This document shows, piece by piece, positions 29,268 to 44,400 of a stretch of 64,000 bases of DNA; position 1 is the first letter of the stretch, and the number at the start of each line of letters is the position of its first letter. The notes under the pieces are model-generated. The model was given only the letters and a program-made list of their open reading frames with translations. It was not told the DNA's origin and ran no database searches. The translations under genes were made by a program, and so were the position numbers. The stretch is from the human T2T-CHM13v2.0 reference genome, Homo sapiens: assembly GCF_009914755.1 (NCBI RefSeq), contig NC_060940.1, one strand, 5' to 3'.

Positions 29268-32200
29268 TCAAGTGCATTCGATGATATCATTCGATTCCAT
29301 TTGATGATAATTCCATTTGATTCCATGCGATGATTCTATTCGATTCCATTCAATGATAATTCCATTCAATTCAGTGATTCCTCTGGACTCCATTTGATGA
29401 TGATTCCATTCAATGATTCCATTCGATTCTATTCGAAAATGATTCCATTTGAATCCATTTGATGATGATTCCATTAGATTCCATTTGATGATTCCATTCG
29501 ATTCCATTCGACGATGATTCCATTCGATTCCGTTTGATGATTCCATTCTATTCTATTCGATGATGATTCCATTCGATTCCATTCGATGATGATTGGATTC
29601 GATTCCATTTGATGATTTCATTTGATTCCATTCGTTAATGATTTCGATCAATTCCATTCGATGATTCCATTCGATTCCATTCGATAATGATTACATCCGA
29701 GTCCATTCGATGATTCCCTTTGAGCCTGTTCGATAATTCCATTTGAGTCCAACCAATGATTCCATTCATTTCCATTCAATGATTCCATTCGAGTCCATTT
29801 GATCATTCCGGTAGGGTCCATTCGATGTTGATTCCATTGGAGTGCATTCGATGATTCCATTCGAGTCCATTTTAGGATTTGATTCGAGTCCTTTCGATGA
29901 TTCCATTCGATTCCACTCGATGATGATTTCATTCGAGTCCATTCGACACTTCCAATCGATTCCATTTGATGATTCCATTCGAGTCCAATTGATGATTCCA
30001 TTCAATTCCATTCGATGATGATTCCGTACGATTCCATTCTGTGATGATTCCATGTGATTGCATTCAATGATGATTCCTTTCGATTGCATTCGATTATGAT
30101 TCATTTCGTGTTCATTCTATGGTTCCACAGGTTTCCATTCGTGTCCATTCCATTATTCCATTCTATTCCATTTGATGATGATTCCATTCGATTCCATTCA
30201 TTGGTGATTCCACTCAATTCCATTCAATGATTCCATTCCATTTCTTTCAACAATGATTCCATTACTTTCTAATCGATGATCCACTTGATTCCATTTGACG
30301 ACGATTCCATTCTTGTCCATTCGATGATTCCATTTGATTCCATATGATGATGATTCCATTCGATTCCATACCATGATGATTCCATTCGAGTCCATTCAAT
30401 GGTGATTCCATTCAATTCCATTCGATGATTCCTTTCGATTCCATTCAATGATGATGGCATTCGATTCCTTTCAATCATTCCCTTTGATTCCATTCAAAGG
30501 TGATTTCATTCAAGTCCATTCGATAATTGCATTCGATTCCATTCTATGATGATTCCATTCGAGTCCATTTGATGATTCCATTCAATTCAAGTCAATGATG
30601 ATTCCATTCAATTCCATTCGATGATTCCATTGGATTCCATTCGATGATGATTCCATTCAAATACATTCGATAATTCAATTCAAGTCCATTCGATGATGAT
30701 TCCAATCGAATCCATTCAAAGATTCCATTCTGTTCCATTCGATGATTCCCTTAGATTCCATTCGATGATTCCACTTGATTGCATTTACGATGATTCCATT
30801 CGATTCCATGTGATGATTCCATTCAATTCTATTCAATGATGTCTCCATTTGATTCCATTCGACCATGATTGCCTTTGATTCCATTCAATGATTCCATTCG
30901 GTTCCGTTTGATGATGATTCCGTTCGATTCCATTTGATGATTCCATTTGATTCCATTGGATGAGTCCATTCGATTACATTCGATGATTATTCCATTCGAG
31001 TGCATTAGATGATTCCATTCGAGTCCATTCGATGATTCCATTCGATTCCATTCGATGTTGATTCTGTTCAAATCCATTCGATGATTCCACTCGATTCCAT
31101 TCGTTGACTCCATTTGATCCCATTCGATGATTTCCTTTGATTCCCTTTGATGATCATTCCATTTGATTCAATTCGGTGATTTCATTTGATTCCATTCAGT
31201 GATGTTTCCATTCGACTCCATTCGATGATGATTCCATTCGACTCCATTCGATTATGATTTCATTCAATTCCATTCGATAATGATTCCCTTCGAGTCCATT
31301 CGATGATTCCATTCGATTCCATTCAACGATGATTTGATTCGTGTCCATTCGATGATTCCATTTGATTCCACTTGATGATGATTCCATTCGAGTCCATTTG
31401 ATGATTCCATTCAATTCCATACTCCGATGATTTCTTTTGAGCCCACTCAATGCTTCCACTCGATTCCATATGATGATGACTCCATTCGATGAAATTCGAT
31501 GATGATTCCATTCGCTTGCTTTCGATGATGATTCCACTTGAGTCCGTTAGAAGATTCTATTCAATTACATTCCATGACGATTCCGTTCGAGTCCATTTGA
31601 TGATTCCATTAGACTCCATTCGACGATGATTCCATTCGATGTTATTCGATGATTCCATTCGATCTCATTCGATGATGATTCCATTCAACTCCATTCGATG
31701 TTTCCATTCGAGTTCATTCTATTATTCCATTAGATTCCATTCGATGATGATTCCATTCGATTCCATTTGATGATTGCATTCTATTTCATTTGATGATGAT
31801 TCCATTCGAGTCCACTCGATGATTCCATTCGAGTCCATTTAATGAATCCATTGGTTTCAATTCTATGATGATTACATTGGATTCCATTCGTTGATGATTT
31901 CATTTGGTTCCATTCAATGATGATTCCATTCAATTCCTTTCAATGTTTCCATTCAATTCCATACGATGATGATTCCATTTGATTTGATTCGACAGTGAGC
32001 CATTCGATTCAATTCCATGATGATTCTATTTGATTCAATTGGTTGACATTTCCATTCGATTCCATTCGATGATGATTCCCTTTGATTCCGTTCAAAGATG
32101 ATTCCATTCTAGCCCATTCAATCATTCCATTCGATTCTATTCAATGATGATTCCATTCATGTCGATTTGGTGATTCCATTTGACTTCATTTGATGATGAT

Positions 32201-35200
32201 TCCTTTCAAGTTCATTAGATGATTCCATTCGATTCCATTTGATGATGATCCCATTCGAGTCCATTCAGTGATTCCATTCGTTTCCATTCCATGATGATTC
32301 CATTCCTTTCCATTCAATGATTCCATTCGATTCCGTTTGATGATGATTTCATTCGAGTCCATTTGATGATTCCATTTGATTCCGTTCGATGATGATTCCA
32401 TTCGAGTCCATTCGATGATTCTATTCGAATCCATTTGATGATCTCTTTTGATTATATTTGGTGATGATTCCATTGGAGTCCATTCAATGATTCCATTCTA
32501 TTCCAATCGATGATGATTCCATTAGAGTCCATTTAATGATTCCATTTGATTCCAGTCTCTGATGATTACATTCGAGTCCATACGATGATTCCACTCAATT
32601 CCATATGATGATGATTCCATTTGATTCCATTCGGTGATTCCATTCTATTCTATTCAATGGTGATTCCATTCGAGTACATTAGATGATTCCATTCGATTCC
32701 ATTCAATGATGATTCTATTTGTGTCCCTTAGATGATTCCACATGATTCCATTAGATGATGATACTATTTGAGCCCATCCAATGATTCCCTTCGATTCCAT
32801 TCGATGAGGATTCCATTCGATTCAATTCATTGGTGATTCTATTCAATTCAATTCTTTGATTCCATTCCATTCCATTCGACAATGATTCCATTCGATTTCT
32901 TTCGATGATTCCACTCGATTCCACTTGACATTGATTCCATTCGATTCCATTCAATGATTCCATTTGATTCCAGTGGATGATGATTGCCATCGATTCCATT
33001 CGATCACTCCATTCTATTCCATTTGATGATGATTACATTCGATTCCATTTGATGATTCCATCTGATTCTATTCGAGGATTCCATTTGATTCCATTCGATG
33101 ATGATTCCTTTCGAGTCCATTTGATGATTTCATTCGAGTACATCCAATGATTCCATTCGAGTCCATTAGATGATTCCATTTGATTCCATTTGAAAATGAT
33201 TCTACTAGAGTCCATTCAATGACTCCATTCGAGTCCATTCAACAATTCCATTCGACTCCATTCGATGATTCCATTCGATTCCATTTGATGGTTCTATTCG
33301 AGTCCATTTAATCATTACAGTCGAGTCCATTTGGTGATTCCACTGGATTTCTTTTGATAATGATACCATTCAATTACATTTGATGATGATCCCATTCAAT
33401 TTCATTTGATGATGATTCCATTAGAGTCCATTCGATGATTTCATTCGAGTCCCTTCATTGATTCCATCCGATTTCATTGGATGATGACTCCATTCGAGTC
33501 CATTCGATGATTCCACTCGATTCCATTAGATGACTCCATTGGAGTCCATTTGATTGTTCCATTCGATTCCATTCGATTCCTTTCGAAGATTATTCCATTT
33601 GAGTCCATTCGATGATGATTCCATTCCATTCCATTCGATGATTCCGTTTGATTCCATTCGATGATTCCCTTCGATTCCTTTCTTTGATGATTCCATTCCA
33701 TTCCATTCAATGATTCCATTCGAATCTATTCCATGATGATTCCTTTCGATTCCATTCGCTGATGTTTCCGTTCAATTCCATTCGATGAGGATTCCATTCG
33801 ATTCCATTCATTGAGGATTCCATTTGATTCCATTCAATGATGATTCCATTCTATTCCATTCAATGATTGCATTCAATTCCATTCAATGATTATCCCATTA
33901 GAGTAAACTCAACGATTCCATTCAATACCATTCAATGATGATTCCTTTTGAGTCCATTCAATGATTTCATTCAAGTCCATTTGATGATTCCTTTCAATTC
34001 CATTCTATGATGATTCCATTCGAGTCCATTCGATGATTCCATTCGATTGCATTCGATGATTCCATTATATTCCATTCAACGGTGATTCCATTCGAGTCCA
34101 TTCCATGATTCCATTAGAGTACATTTAATGATTGCTTTGTTTTCAATTCGAAGATGATTACATTGGATTCCATTCTATGATACAATTCGATTCCATTCAA
34201 TGATGATTCCACTCAAATCCATTGGATGATTCCATTCGTGTCCATTCGGTGATTTCATTAGATTCCATTCGAGGATGATTCCATTCGATTCCATTCGATG
34301 ATTCCATTCAATTCCATTCGATGATGATTCCATTCCAGTCCATATGATCATTCCATTTGATTTCATTCGATGATGATTCCATTCAATTCGATTCGACGAT
34401 TCCATTCTATTCCATTCGATGATGATTCCATTCGAGTCCATTCGATGATTCCATTCGAGTCCATTTAATGATTCCATTGGGTTCAATTCAATGATGATTA
34501 CATTGGATTCCGTTCTATGATTCCATTCAATTCCGTTCATTGACAATTTGATTCCATTCGATGATGATTCCATTTGAGTTCATTCGATGTTTCTATTCGA
34601 TTCTCTTCGATGGTGATTCAATTCTATTATATTGGATGATTCCATTCGATTCCATTTGATGTTGATTCAATTCGATTCTATTCAATGATGATTCCATTGG
34701 ATTTCACTTGATGATTCTATTCGATTCCATTCAATGATGATTCACTTCTCGTCCATTGGATGATTCCATTTCATTCCATTCGATGATGATTCCATTCGAT
34801 TCCATTCGATGATTCCATTTGATTCCATGCGACGGTGAGCAATTCGATTCAATTCCATGATGATTCTATTTGATTCAATTAGATGATGTTTCCATTCGAA
34901 TCCATTCCATGATTATTCCATTGGAATCCATTCGGCGATGATTCCATATGAGTCAATTCAATGATGATTCCATATGGGTCCGTTCGATGATAATTCCATT
35001 TGATTTCATTCGATGCTTCTATTCTATTCCAGTCGATGATGATTCCGTTGGAGTCCATACGATGATTCCATTTGATTTCATTTCATGATGATTCCATTCG
35101 ATGATGATTACATTGGATTCCATTCTATGATTCCATTCAATTCCATTCGTTGATGATTCGATTCCATTCAATGATGATTCCATTTGAGTTCATTCGATGA

Positions 35201-35379
35201 TTCTATTCGATTCCGTTCGATGGTGATTCAATTCTATTATATTGGATGATTCCACTCGATTCCATTTGATGATTATTCCATTGGAGTCCACTTAGTGAAT
35301 CCTTTAGATTCTACTCGACGATGATTCCATTCGAGTCCATTCGATGATACCATTCAATTCCATTCGTTGATGCTTCCAT
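29268..35379 (+). repeat. Canonical 6,112-bp higher-order unit, core copy B
   Basis: Near-identical to 23156-29267. The next landmark is at 35380 (+6,112). Confidence 0.95.
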
Positions 35380-38300
35380 TCAAGTGCATTCGATGATATC
35401 ATTCGATTCCATTTGATGATAATTCCATTTGATTCCATGCGATGATTCTATTCGATTCCATTCAATGATAATTCCATTCAATTCAGTGATTCCTCTGGAC
35501 TCCATTTGATGATGATTCCATTCAATGATTCCATTCGATTCTATTCGAAAATGATTCCATTTGAATCCATTTGATGATGATTCCATTAGATTCCATTTGA
35601 TGATTCCATTCGATTGCATTCGACGATGATTCCATTCGATTCCGTTTGATGATTCCATTCTATTCTATTCGATGATGATTCCATTCGATTCCATTCGATG
35701 ATGATTGGATTCGATTCCATTTGATGATTTCATTTGATTCCATTCGTTAATGATTTCGATCAATTCCATTCGATGATTCCATTTGATTCCATTCGATAAT
35801 GATTACATCCGAGTCCATTCGATGATTCCCTTTGAGCCTGTTCGATAATTCCATTTGAGTCCAACCAATGATTCCATTCATTTCCATTCAATGATTCCAT
35901 TCGAGTTCATTTGATCATTCCGGTAGGGTCCATTCGATGTTGATTCCATTGGAGTGCATTCGATGATTCCATTCGAGTCCATTTTAGGATTTGATTCGAG
36001 TCCTTTCGATGATTCCATTCGATTCCACTCGATGATGATTTCATTCGAGTCCATTCGACACTTCCAATCGATTCCATTTGATGATTCCATTCGAGTCCAA
36101 TTGATGATTCCATTCAATTCCATTCGATGATGATTCCGTAAGATTCCATTCTGTGATGATTCCATGTGATTGCATTCAATGATGATTCCTTTCGATTGCA
36201 TTCGATTATGATTCATTTCGTGTTCATTCTATGGTTCCACAGGTTTCCATTCGTGTCCATTCCATTATTCCATTCTATTCCATTTGATGATGATTCCATT
36301 CGATTCCATTCATTGGTGATTCCACTCAATTCCATTCAATGATTCCATTCCATTTCTTTCAACAATGATTCCATTAGTTTCTAATCGATGATCCACTTGA
36401 TTCCATTTGACGACGATTCCATTCTTGTCCATTCGATGATTCCATTTGATTCCATATGATGATGATTCCATTCGATTCCATACCATGATGATTCCATTCG
36501 AGTCCATTCAATGGTGATTCCATTCAATTCCATTCGATGATTCCTTTTGATTCCATTCGATGATGATGGCATTCGATTCCTTTCAATCATTCCCTTTGAT
36601 TCCATTCAAAGGTGATTTCATTCAAGTCCATTCGATAATTGCATTCGATTCCATTCTATGATGATTCCATTCGAGTCCATTTGATGATTCCATTCAATTC
36701 AAGTCAATGATGATTCCATTCGATTCCATTCGATGATTCCATTGGATTCCATTCGATGATGATTCCATTCAAATCCATTCGATAATTCAATTCAAGTCCA
36801 TTCGATGATGATTCCAATCGAATCCATTCAAAGATTCCATTCAGTTCCATTCGATGATTCCCTTAGATTCCATTCGATGATTCCACTTGATTGCATTTAC
36901 GATGATTCCATTCGATTCCATGTGATGATTCCATTCAATTCTATTCAATGATGTCTCCATTTGATTCCATTCGACCATGATTGCCTTTGATTCCATTCAA
37001 TGATTCCATTCGGTTCCGTTTGATGATGATTCCGTTCGATTCCATTTGATGATTCCATTTGATTCCATTGGATGAGTCCATTCGATTACATTCGATGATT
37101 ATTCCATTCGAGTGCATTAGATGATTCCATTCGAGTCCATTCGATGATTCCATTCGATTCCATTCGATGTTGATTCTGTTCAAATCCATTCGATGATTCC
37201 ACTCGATTCCATTCGTTGACTCCATTTGATCCCATTCGATGATTTCCTTTGATTCCCTTTGATGATCATTCCATTTGATTCAATTCGGTGATTTCATTTG
37301 ATTCCATTCAGTGATGTTTCCATTCGACTCCATTCGATGATGATTCCATTCGACTCCATTCGATTATGATTTCATTCAATTCCATTCGATAATGATTCCC
37401 TTCGAGTCCATTCGATGATTCCATTCGATTCCATTCAACGATGATTTGATTCGTGTCCATTCGATGATTCCATTTGATTCCACTTGATGATGATTCCATT
37501 CGAGTCCATTTGATGATTCCATTCAATTCCATACTCCGATGATTTCTTTTGAGCCCACTCAATGCTTCCACTCGATTCCATATGATGATGACTCCATTCG
37601 ATGAAATTCGATGATGATTCCATTCGCTTGCTTTCGATGATGATTCCACTTGAGTCCGTTAGAAGATTCTATTCAATTACATTCCATGACGATTCCGTTC
37701 GAGTCCATTTGATGATTCCATTAGACTCCATTCGACGATGATTCCATTCGATGTTATTCGATGATTCCATTCGATCTCATTCGATGATGATTCCATTCAA
37801 CTCCATTCGATGTTTCCATTCGAGTTCATTCTATTATTCCATTAGATTCCATTCGATGATGATTCCATTCGATTCCATTTGATGATTGCATTCTATTTCA
37901 TTTGATGATGATTCCATTCGAGTCCACTCGATGATTCCATTCGAGTCCATTTAATGAATCCATTGGTTTCAATTCTATGATGATTACATTGGATTCCATT
38001 CGTTGATGATTTCATTCGGTTCCATTCAATGATGATTCCATTCAATTCCTTTCAATGTTTCCATTCAATTCCATACGATGATGATTCCATTTGATTTGAT
38101 TCGACAGTGAGCCATTCGATTCAATTCCATGATGATTCTATTTGATTCCATTGGTTGACATTTCCATTCGATTCCATTCGATGATGATTCCCTTTGATTC
38201 CGTTCAAAGATGATTCCATTCTAGCCCATTCAATCATTCCATTCGATTCTATTCAATGATGATTCCATTCATGTCGATTTGGTGATTCCATTTGACTTCA

Positions 38301-41300
38301 TTTGATGATGATTCCTTTCAAGTTCATTAGATGATTCCATTCGATTCCATTTGATGATGATCCCATTCGAGTCCATTCAGTGATTCCATTCGTTTCCATT
38401 CCATGATGATTCCATTCCTTTCCATTCAATGATTCCATTCGATTCCGTTTGATGATGATTTCATTCGAGTCCATTTGATGATTCCATTTGATTCCATTCG
38501 ATGATGATTCCATTCGAGTCCATTCGATGATTCTATTCGAATCCATTTGATGATTTCTTTTGATTATATTTGGTGATGATTCCATTGGAGTCCATTCAAT
38601 GATTCCATTCTATTCCAATCGATGATGATTCCATTAGAGTCCATTTAATGATTCCATTTGATTCCAGTCTCTGATGATTACATTCGAGTCCATACGATGA
38701 TTCCACTCAATTCCATATGATGATGATTCCATTTGATTCCATTCGGTGATTCCATTCTATTCTATTCAATGGTGATTCCATTCGAGTACATTAGATGATT
38801 CCATTCGATTCCATTCAATGATGATTCTATTTGTGTCCCTTAGATGATTCCACATGATTCCATTAGATGATGATACTATTTGAGCCCATCCAATGATTCC
38901 CTTCGATTCCATTCGATGAGGATTCCATTCGATTCAATTCATTGGTGATTCTATTCAATTCAATTCTTTGATTCCATTCCATTCCATTCGACAATGATTC
39001 CATTCGATTACTTTCGATGATTCCACTCGATTCCACTTGACATTGATTCCATTCGATTCCATTCAATGATTCCATTTGATTCCAGTGGATGATGATTGCC
39101 ATCGATTCCATTCGATCACTCCATTCTATTCCATTTGATGATGATTACATTCGATTCCATTTGATGATTCCATCTGATTCTATTCGAGGATTCCATTTGA
39201 TTCCATTCGATGATGATTCCATTCGAGTGCATTCGATGATTTCATTCGAGTACATCCAATGATTCCATTCGAGTCCATTAGATGATTCCATTTGATTCCA
39301 TTTGAAAATGATTCTACTAGAGTCCATTCAATGACTCCATTCGAGTCCATTCAACAATTCCATTCGACTCCATTCGATGATTCCATTCGATTCCATTTGA
39401 TGGTTCCATTCGAGTCCATTTAATCATTACAGTCGAGTCCATTTGTTGATTCCACTGGATTTCTTTTGATAATGATACCATTCAATTACATTTGATGATG
39501 ATCTCATTCAACTTCATTTGATGATTCCATTAGAGTCCATTCGATGATTTCATTCGAGTCCCTTCATTGATTCCATCCGATTTCATTGGATGATGACTCC
39601 ATTCGAGTCCATTCGATGATTCCACTCGATTCCATTAGATGACTCCATTGGAGTCCATTTGATTGTTCCATTCGATTCCATTCGATTCCTTTCGAAGATT
39701 ATTCCATTTGAGTCCATTCGATGATGATTCCATTCCATTCCATTCGATGATTCCGTTTGATTCCATTCGATGATTCCCTGCAATTCCTTTCTATGATGAT
39801 TCCATTCCATTCCATTCAATGATTCCATTCGAATCTATTCCATGATGATTCCTTTTGATTCCATTCGCTGATGTTTCCGTTCAATTCCATTCGATGATGA
39901 TTCCATTCGATTCCATTCATTGAGGATTCCATTGGATTCCATTCAATGATGATTCCATTCTATTCCATTCAATGATTGCATTCAATTCCATTCAATGATT
40001 ATCCCATTAGAGTAAACTCAACGATTCCATTCAATACCATTCGATGATGATTCCGTTTGAGTCCATTCAATGATTTCATTCAAGTCCATTTGATGATTCC
40101 TTTCAATTCCATTCTATGATGATTCCATTCGAGTCCATTCGATGATTCCATTCGATTGCATTCGATGATTCCATTATATTCCATTCAACGGTGATTCCAT
40201 TCGAGTCCATTCCATGATTCCATTAGAGTACATTTAATGATTGCTTTGTTTTCAATTCGAAGATGATTACATTGGATTCCATTCTATGATACCATTCGAT
40301 TCCATTCAATGATGATTCCACTCAAATCCATTGGATGATTCCATTCGTGTCCATTCGGTGATTTCATTAGATTCCATTCGAGGATGATTCCATTCGATTC
40401 CATTCGATGATTCCATTCAATTCCATTCGATGATGATTCCATTCCAGTCCATATGATCATTCCATTTGATTTCATTCGATGATGATTCCATTCGATTCCT
40501 TTCGACGATTCCATTCTATTCCATTCGATGATGATTCCATTCGAGTCCATTCGATGATTCCATTCGAGTCCATTTAATGATTCCATTGGGTTCAATTCAA
40601 TGATGATTACATTGGATTCCGTTCTATGATTCCATTCAATTCCGTTCATTGACAATTTGATTCCATTCGATGATGATTCCATTTGAGTTCATTCGATGAT
40701 TCTATTCGATTCTCTTCGATGGTGATTCAATTCTATTATATTGGATGATTCCATTCGATTCCATTTGATGTTGATTCAATTCGATTCTATTCGATGATGA
40801 TTCCATTGGATTTCACTTGATGATTCTATTCGATTCCATTCAATGATGATTCACTTCTCGTCCATTGGATGATTCCATTTCTTTCCATTCGATGATGATT
40901 CCATTCGATTCCATTCGATGATTCCATTTGATTCCATGCGTCGGTGAGCAATTCGATTCAATTCCATGATGATTCTATTTGATTCAATTAGATGATGTTT
41001 CCATTCGAATCCATTCCATGATTATTCCATTGGAATCCATTCGGCGATGATTCCATATGAGTCAATTCAATGATGATTCCATATGGGTCCGTTCGATGAT
41101 AATTCCATTTGATTTCATTCGGTGCTTCTATTCAATTCCAGTCGATGATGATTCCGTTGGAGTCCATACGATGATTCCATTTGATTTCATTTGATGATGA
41201 TTCCATTCGATGATGATTACATTGGATTCCATTCTATGATTCCATTCAATTCCATTCGTTGATGATTCGATTCCATTCAATGATGATTCCATTTGAGTTC

Positions 41301-41488
41301 ATTCGATGATTCTATTCGATTCCGTTCGATGGTGATTCAATTCTCTTATATTGGATGAATCCACTCGATTCCATTTGATGATTATTCCATTGGAGTCCAC
41401 TTAGTGAATCCTTCAGATTCTACTCGAAGATGATTCCATTCAAGTCCATTCGATGATACCATTCAATTCCATTCGTTGATGCTTCCAT
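35380..41488 (+). repeat. 6,109-bp higher-order unit (one ATG spacer lost near 39520)
   Basis: The ORF offset changes from 6,112 (33033/39145) to 6,109 (33474/39583). The sequence reads acttcatttgatgattcc where core units have atttcatttgatgatgattcc. Confidence 0.9.
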
Positions 41489-44400
41489 TCAAGTGCATTC
41501 GATGATATCATTCGATTCCATTTGATGATAATTCCATTTGATTCCATGCGATGATTCTATTCGATTCCATTCAATGATAATTCCATTCAGTTCAGTGATT
41601 CCTCTGGACTCCATTTGATGATGATTCCATTCAATGATTCCATTCGATTCTATTCGAAAATGATTCCATTTGAATCCATTTGATGATGATTCCATTAGAT
41701 TCCATTTGATGATTCCATTCGATTCCATGCGACGATTCCATTCGATTCCATGTGATGATTCCATTCTATTCTATTCGATGATGATTCCATTCGATTCCAT
41801 TCGATGATGATTGGATTCGATTCCATTTGATGTTTTCATTTGATTCCATTCGTTAATGATTTCGATCAATTCCATTCGATGATTCCATTCGATTCCATTC
41901 GATAATGATTACATCCGTGTCCATTCAGTGATTCCATTTGAGCCTGTTCGATAATTCTATTTGAGTCCAACCAATGATTCCATTCATTTCCATTCAATGA
42001 TTCCATTCGAGTCCATTTGATCATTCCGGTAGGGTCCATTCGATGTTGATTCCATTGGAGTGCATTCGATGATTCCATTCGAGTCCATTTTATGATTTGA
42101 TTCGAGTCCTTTCGATGATTCCATTCGATTCCACTCGATGATGATTTCATTCGAGTCCATTCGACACTTCCAATCGATTCCATTTGATGTTTCCATTCGA
42201 GTCCAATTGATGATTCCATTCAATTCCATTCGATGATGATTCCGTACGATTCCATTCTGTGATGATTCCATGTGTTTGCATTCAATGATGATTCCTTTAG
42301 ATTGCATTCGATTGTGATTCATTTCGTCTTCATTCTATGGTTCCACAGGTTTCCATTCGTGTCCATTCCATTATTCCATTCTATTCCATTTGATGATGAT
42401 TCCATTCGATTCCATTCATTGGTGATTCCACTCAATTCCATTCAATGATTCCATTCCATTTCTTTCAACAATGATTCCATTAGTTTCTAATCGATGATCC
42501 ACTTGATTCCATTTGACGACGATTCCATTCTTGTCCATTCGATGATTCCATTTGATTCCATATGATGATGATTCCATTCGATTCCATACGATGATGATTC
42601 CATTCGAGTCCATTCAATGGTGATTCCATTCAATTCCATTCGATGATTCCTTTCGATTCCATTCGATGATGATGGCATTCGATTCCTTTCAATCATTCCC
42701 TTTGATTCCATTCAAAGGTGATTTCATTCAAGTCCATTCGATAATTGCATTCGATTCCATTCTATGATGATTCCATTCGAGTCCATTTGATGATTCCATT
42801 CAATTCAAGTCAATGATGATTCCATTCGATTCCATTCGATGATTCCATGGGATTCCATTCGATGATGATTCCATTCAAATCCATTCGATAATTCAATTCA
42901 AGTCCATTCGATGATGATTAAAATCGAATCCATTCAAAGATTCCATTCAGTTCCATTCGATGATTCCCTTAGATTCCATTCGATGATTCCACTTGATTCC
43001 ATTTACGATGATTCCATTCGATTCCATGTGATGATTCCATTCAATTCTATTCAATGCTGTTTCCATTTGATTCCATTCGACCATGATTGCCTTTGATTCC
43101 ATTCAATGACTCCATTCGGTTCCTTTTGATGATGATTCCGTTCGATTCCATTTCATTATTCCATTTGATTCCATTGGATGAGTCCATTCGATTACATTCG
43201 ATGATTATTCCATTCGAGTGCATTAGATGATTCCATTCGAGTCCATTCGATGATTCCATTCGATTCCATTCGATGTTGATTCTGTTCAAATCCATTCGAT
43301 GATTCCACTCGATTCCATTCGATGACTCCAGTTGATCCCATTCGATGATTTCCTTTGATTCCCTTTGATGATCATTCCATTTGATTCAATTCGGTGATTT
43401 CATTTGATTCCATTCAGTGATGTTTCCATTCGACTCCATTCGATGATGATTCCATTCGACTCCATTCGATTATGATTTCATTCAATTCCATTCGATAATG
43501 ATTCCCTTCGAGTCCATTCGATGATTCCATTCGATTCCATTCAACGATGATTTGATTCGTGTCCATTCGATGATTCCATTTGATTCCACTTGATGATGAT
43601 TCCATTCGAGTCCATTTGATGATTCCATTCAATTCCATTCTCCGATGATTTCTTTTGAGCCCATTCAATGCTTCCACTCGATTCCATATGATGATGACTC
43701 CATTCGATGAAATTCGATGATGATTCCATTCGCTTGCATTCGATGATGATTCCACTTGAGTCCATTAGAAGATTCTATTCAATTACATTCCATGACGATT
43801 CCGTTCGAGTCCATTTGATGATTCCATTAGACTCCATTCGACGATGATTCCATTCGATGTTATTCGATGATTCCATTCGATCTCATTCGATGATGATTCC
43901 ATTCAACTCCATTCGATGTTTCCATTCGAGTTCATTCTATTATTCCATTAGATTCCATTCGATGATGATTCCATTCGATTCCATTTGATGATTGCATTCT
44001 ATTTCATTTGATGATGATTCCATTCGAGTCCACTCGATGATTCCATTCGAGTCCATTTAATGAATCCATTGGTTTCAATTCTATGATGATTACATTGGAT
44101 TCCATTCGTTGATGATTTCATTCGGTTCCATTCAATGATGATTCCATTCAATTCCTTTCAATGTTTCCATTCAATTCCATACGATGATGATTCCATTTGA
44201 TTTGATTCGACAGTGAGCCATTCGATTCAATTCCATGATGATTCTATTTGATTCAATTGGTTGACATTTCCATTCGATTCCATTCGATGATGATTCCCAT
44301 TGAATTCCATTCAAAGATGATTCCATTCTAGCCCATTCAATCATTCCATTCGATTCTATTCAATGATGATTCCATTCATGTCGATTTGGTGATTCCATTT

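Noticed and set aside
10523-43096. Two plus-strand 61-aa ORFs (10523, 42911)
   Set aside because: Chance open frames in homologous satellite segments. They are useful only as markers of flank relatedness.
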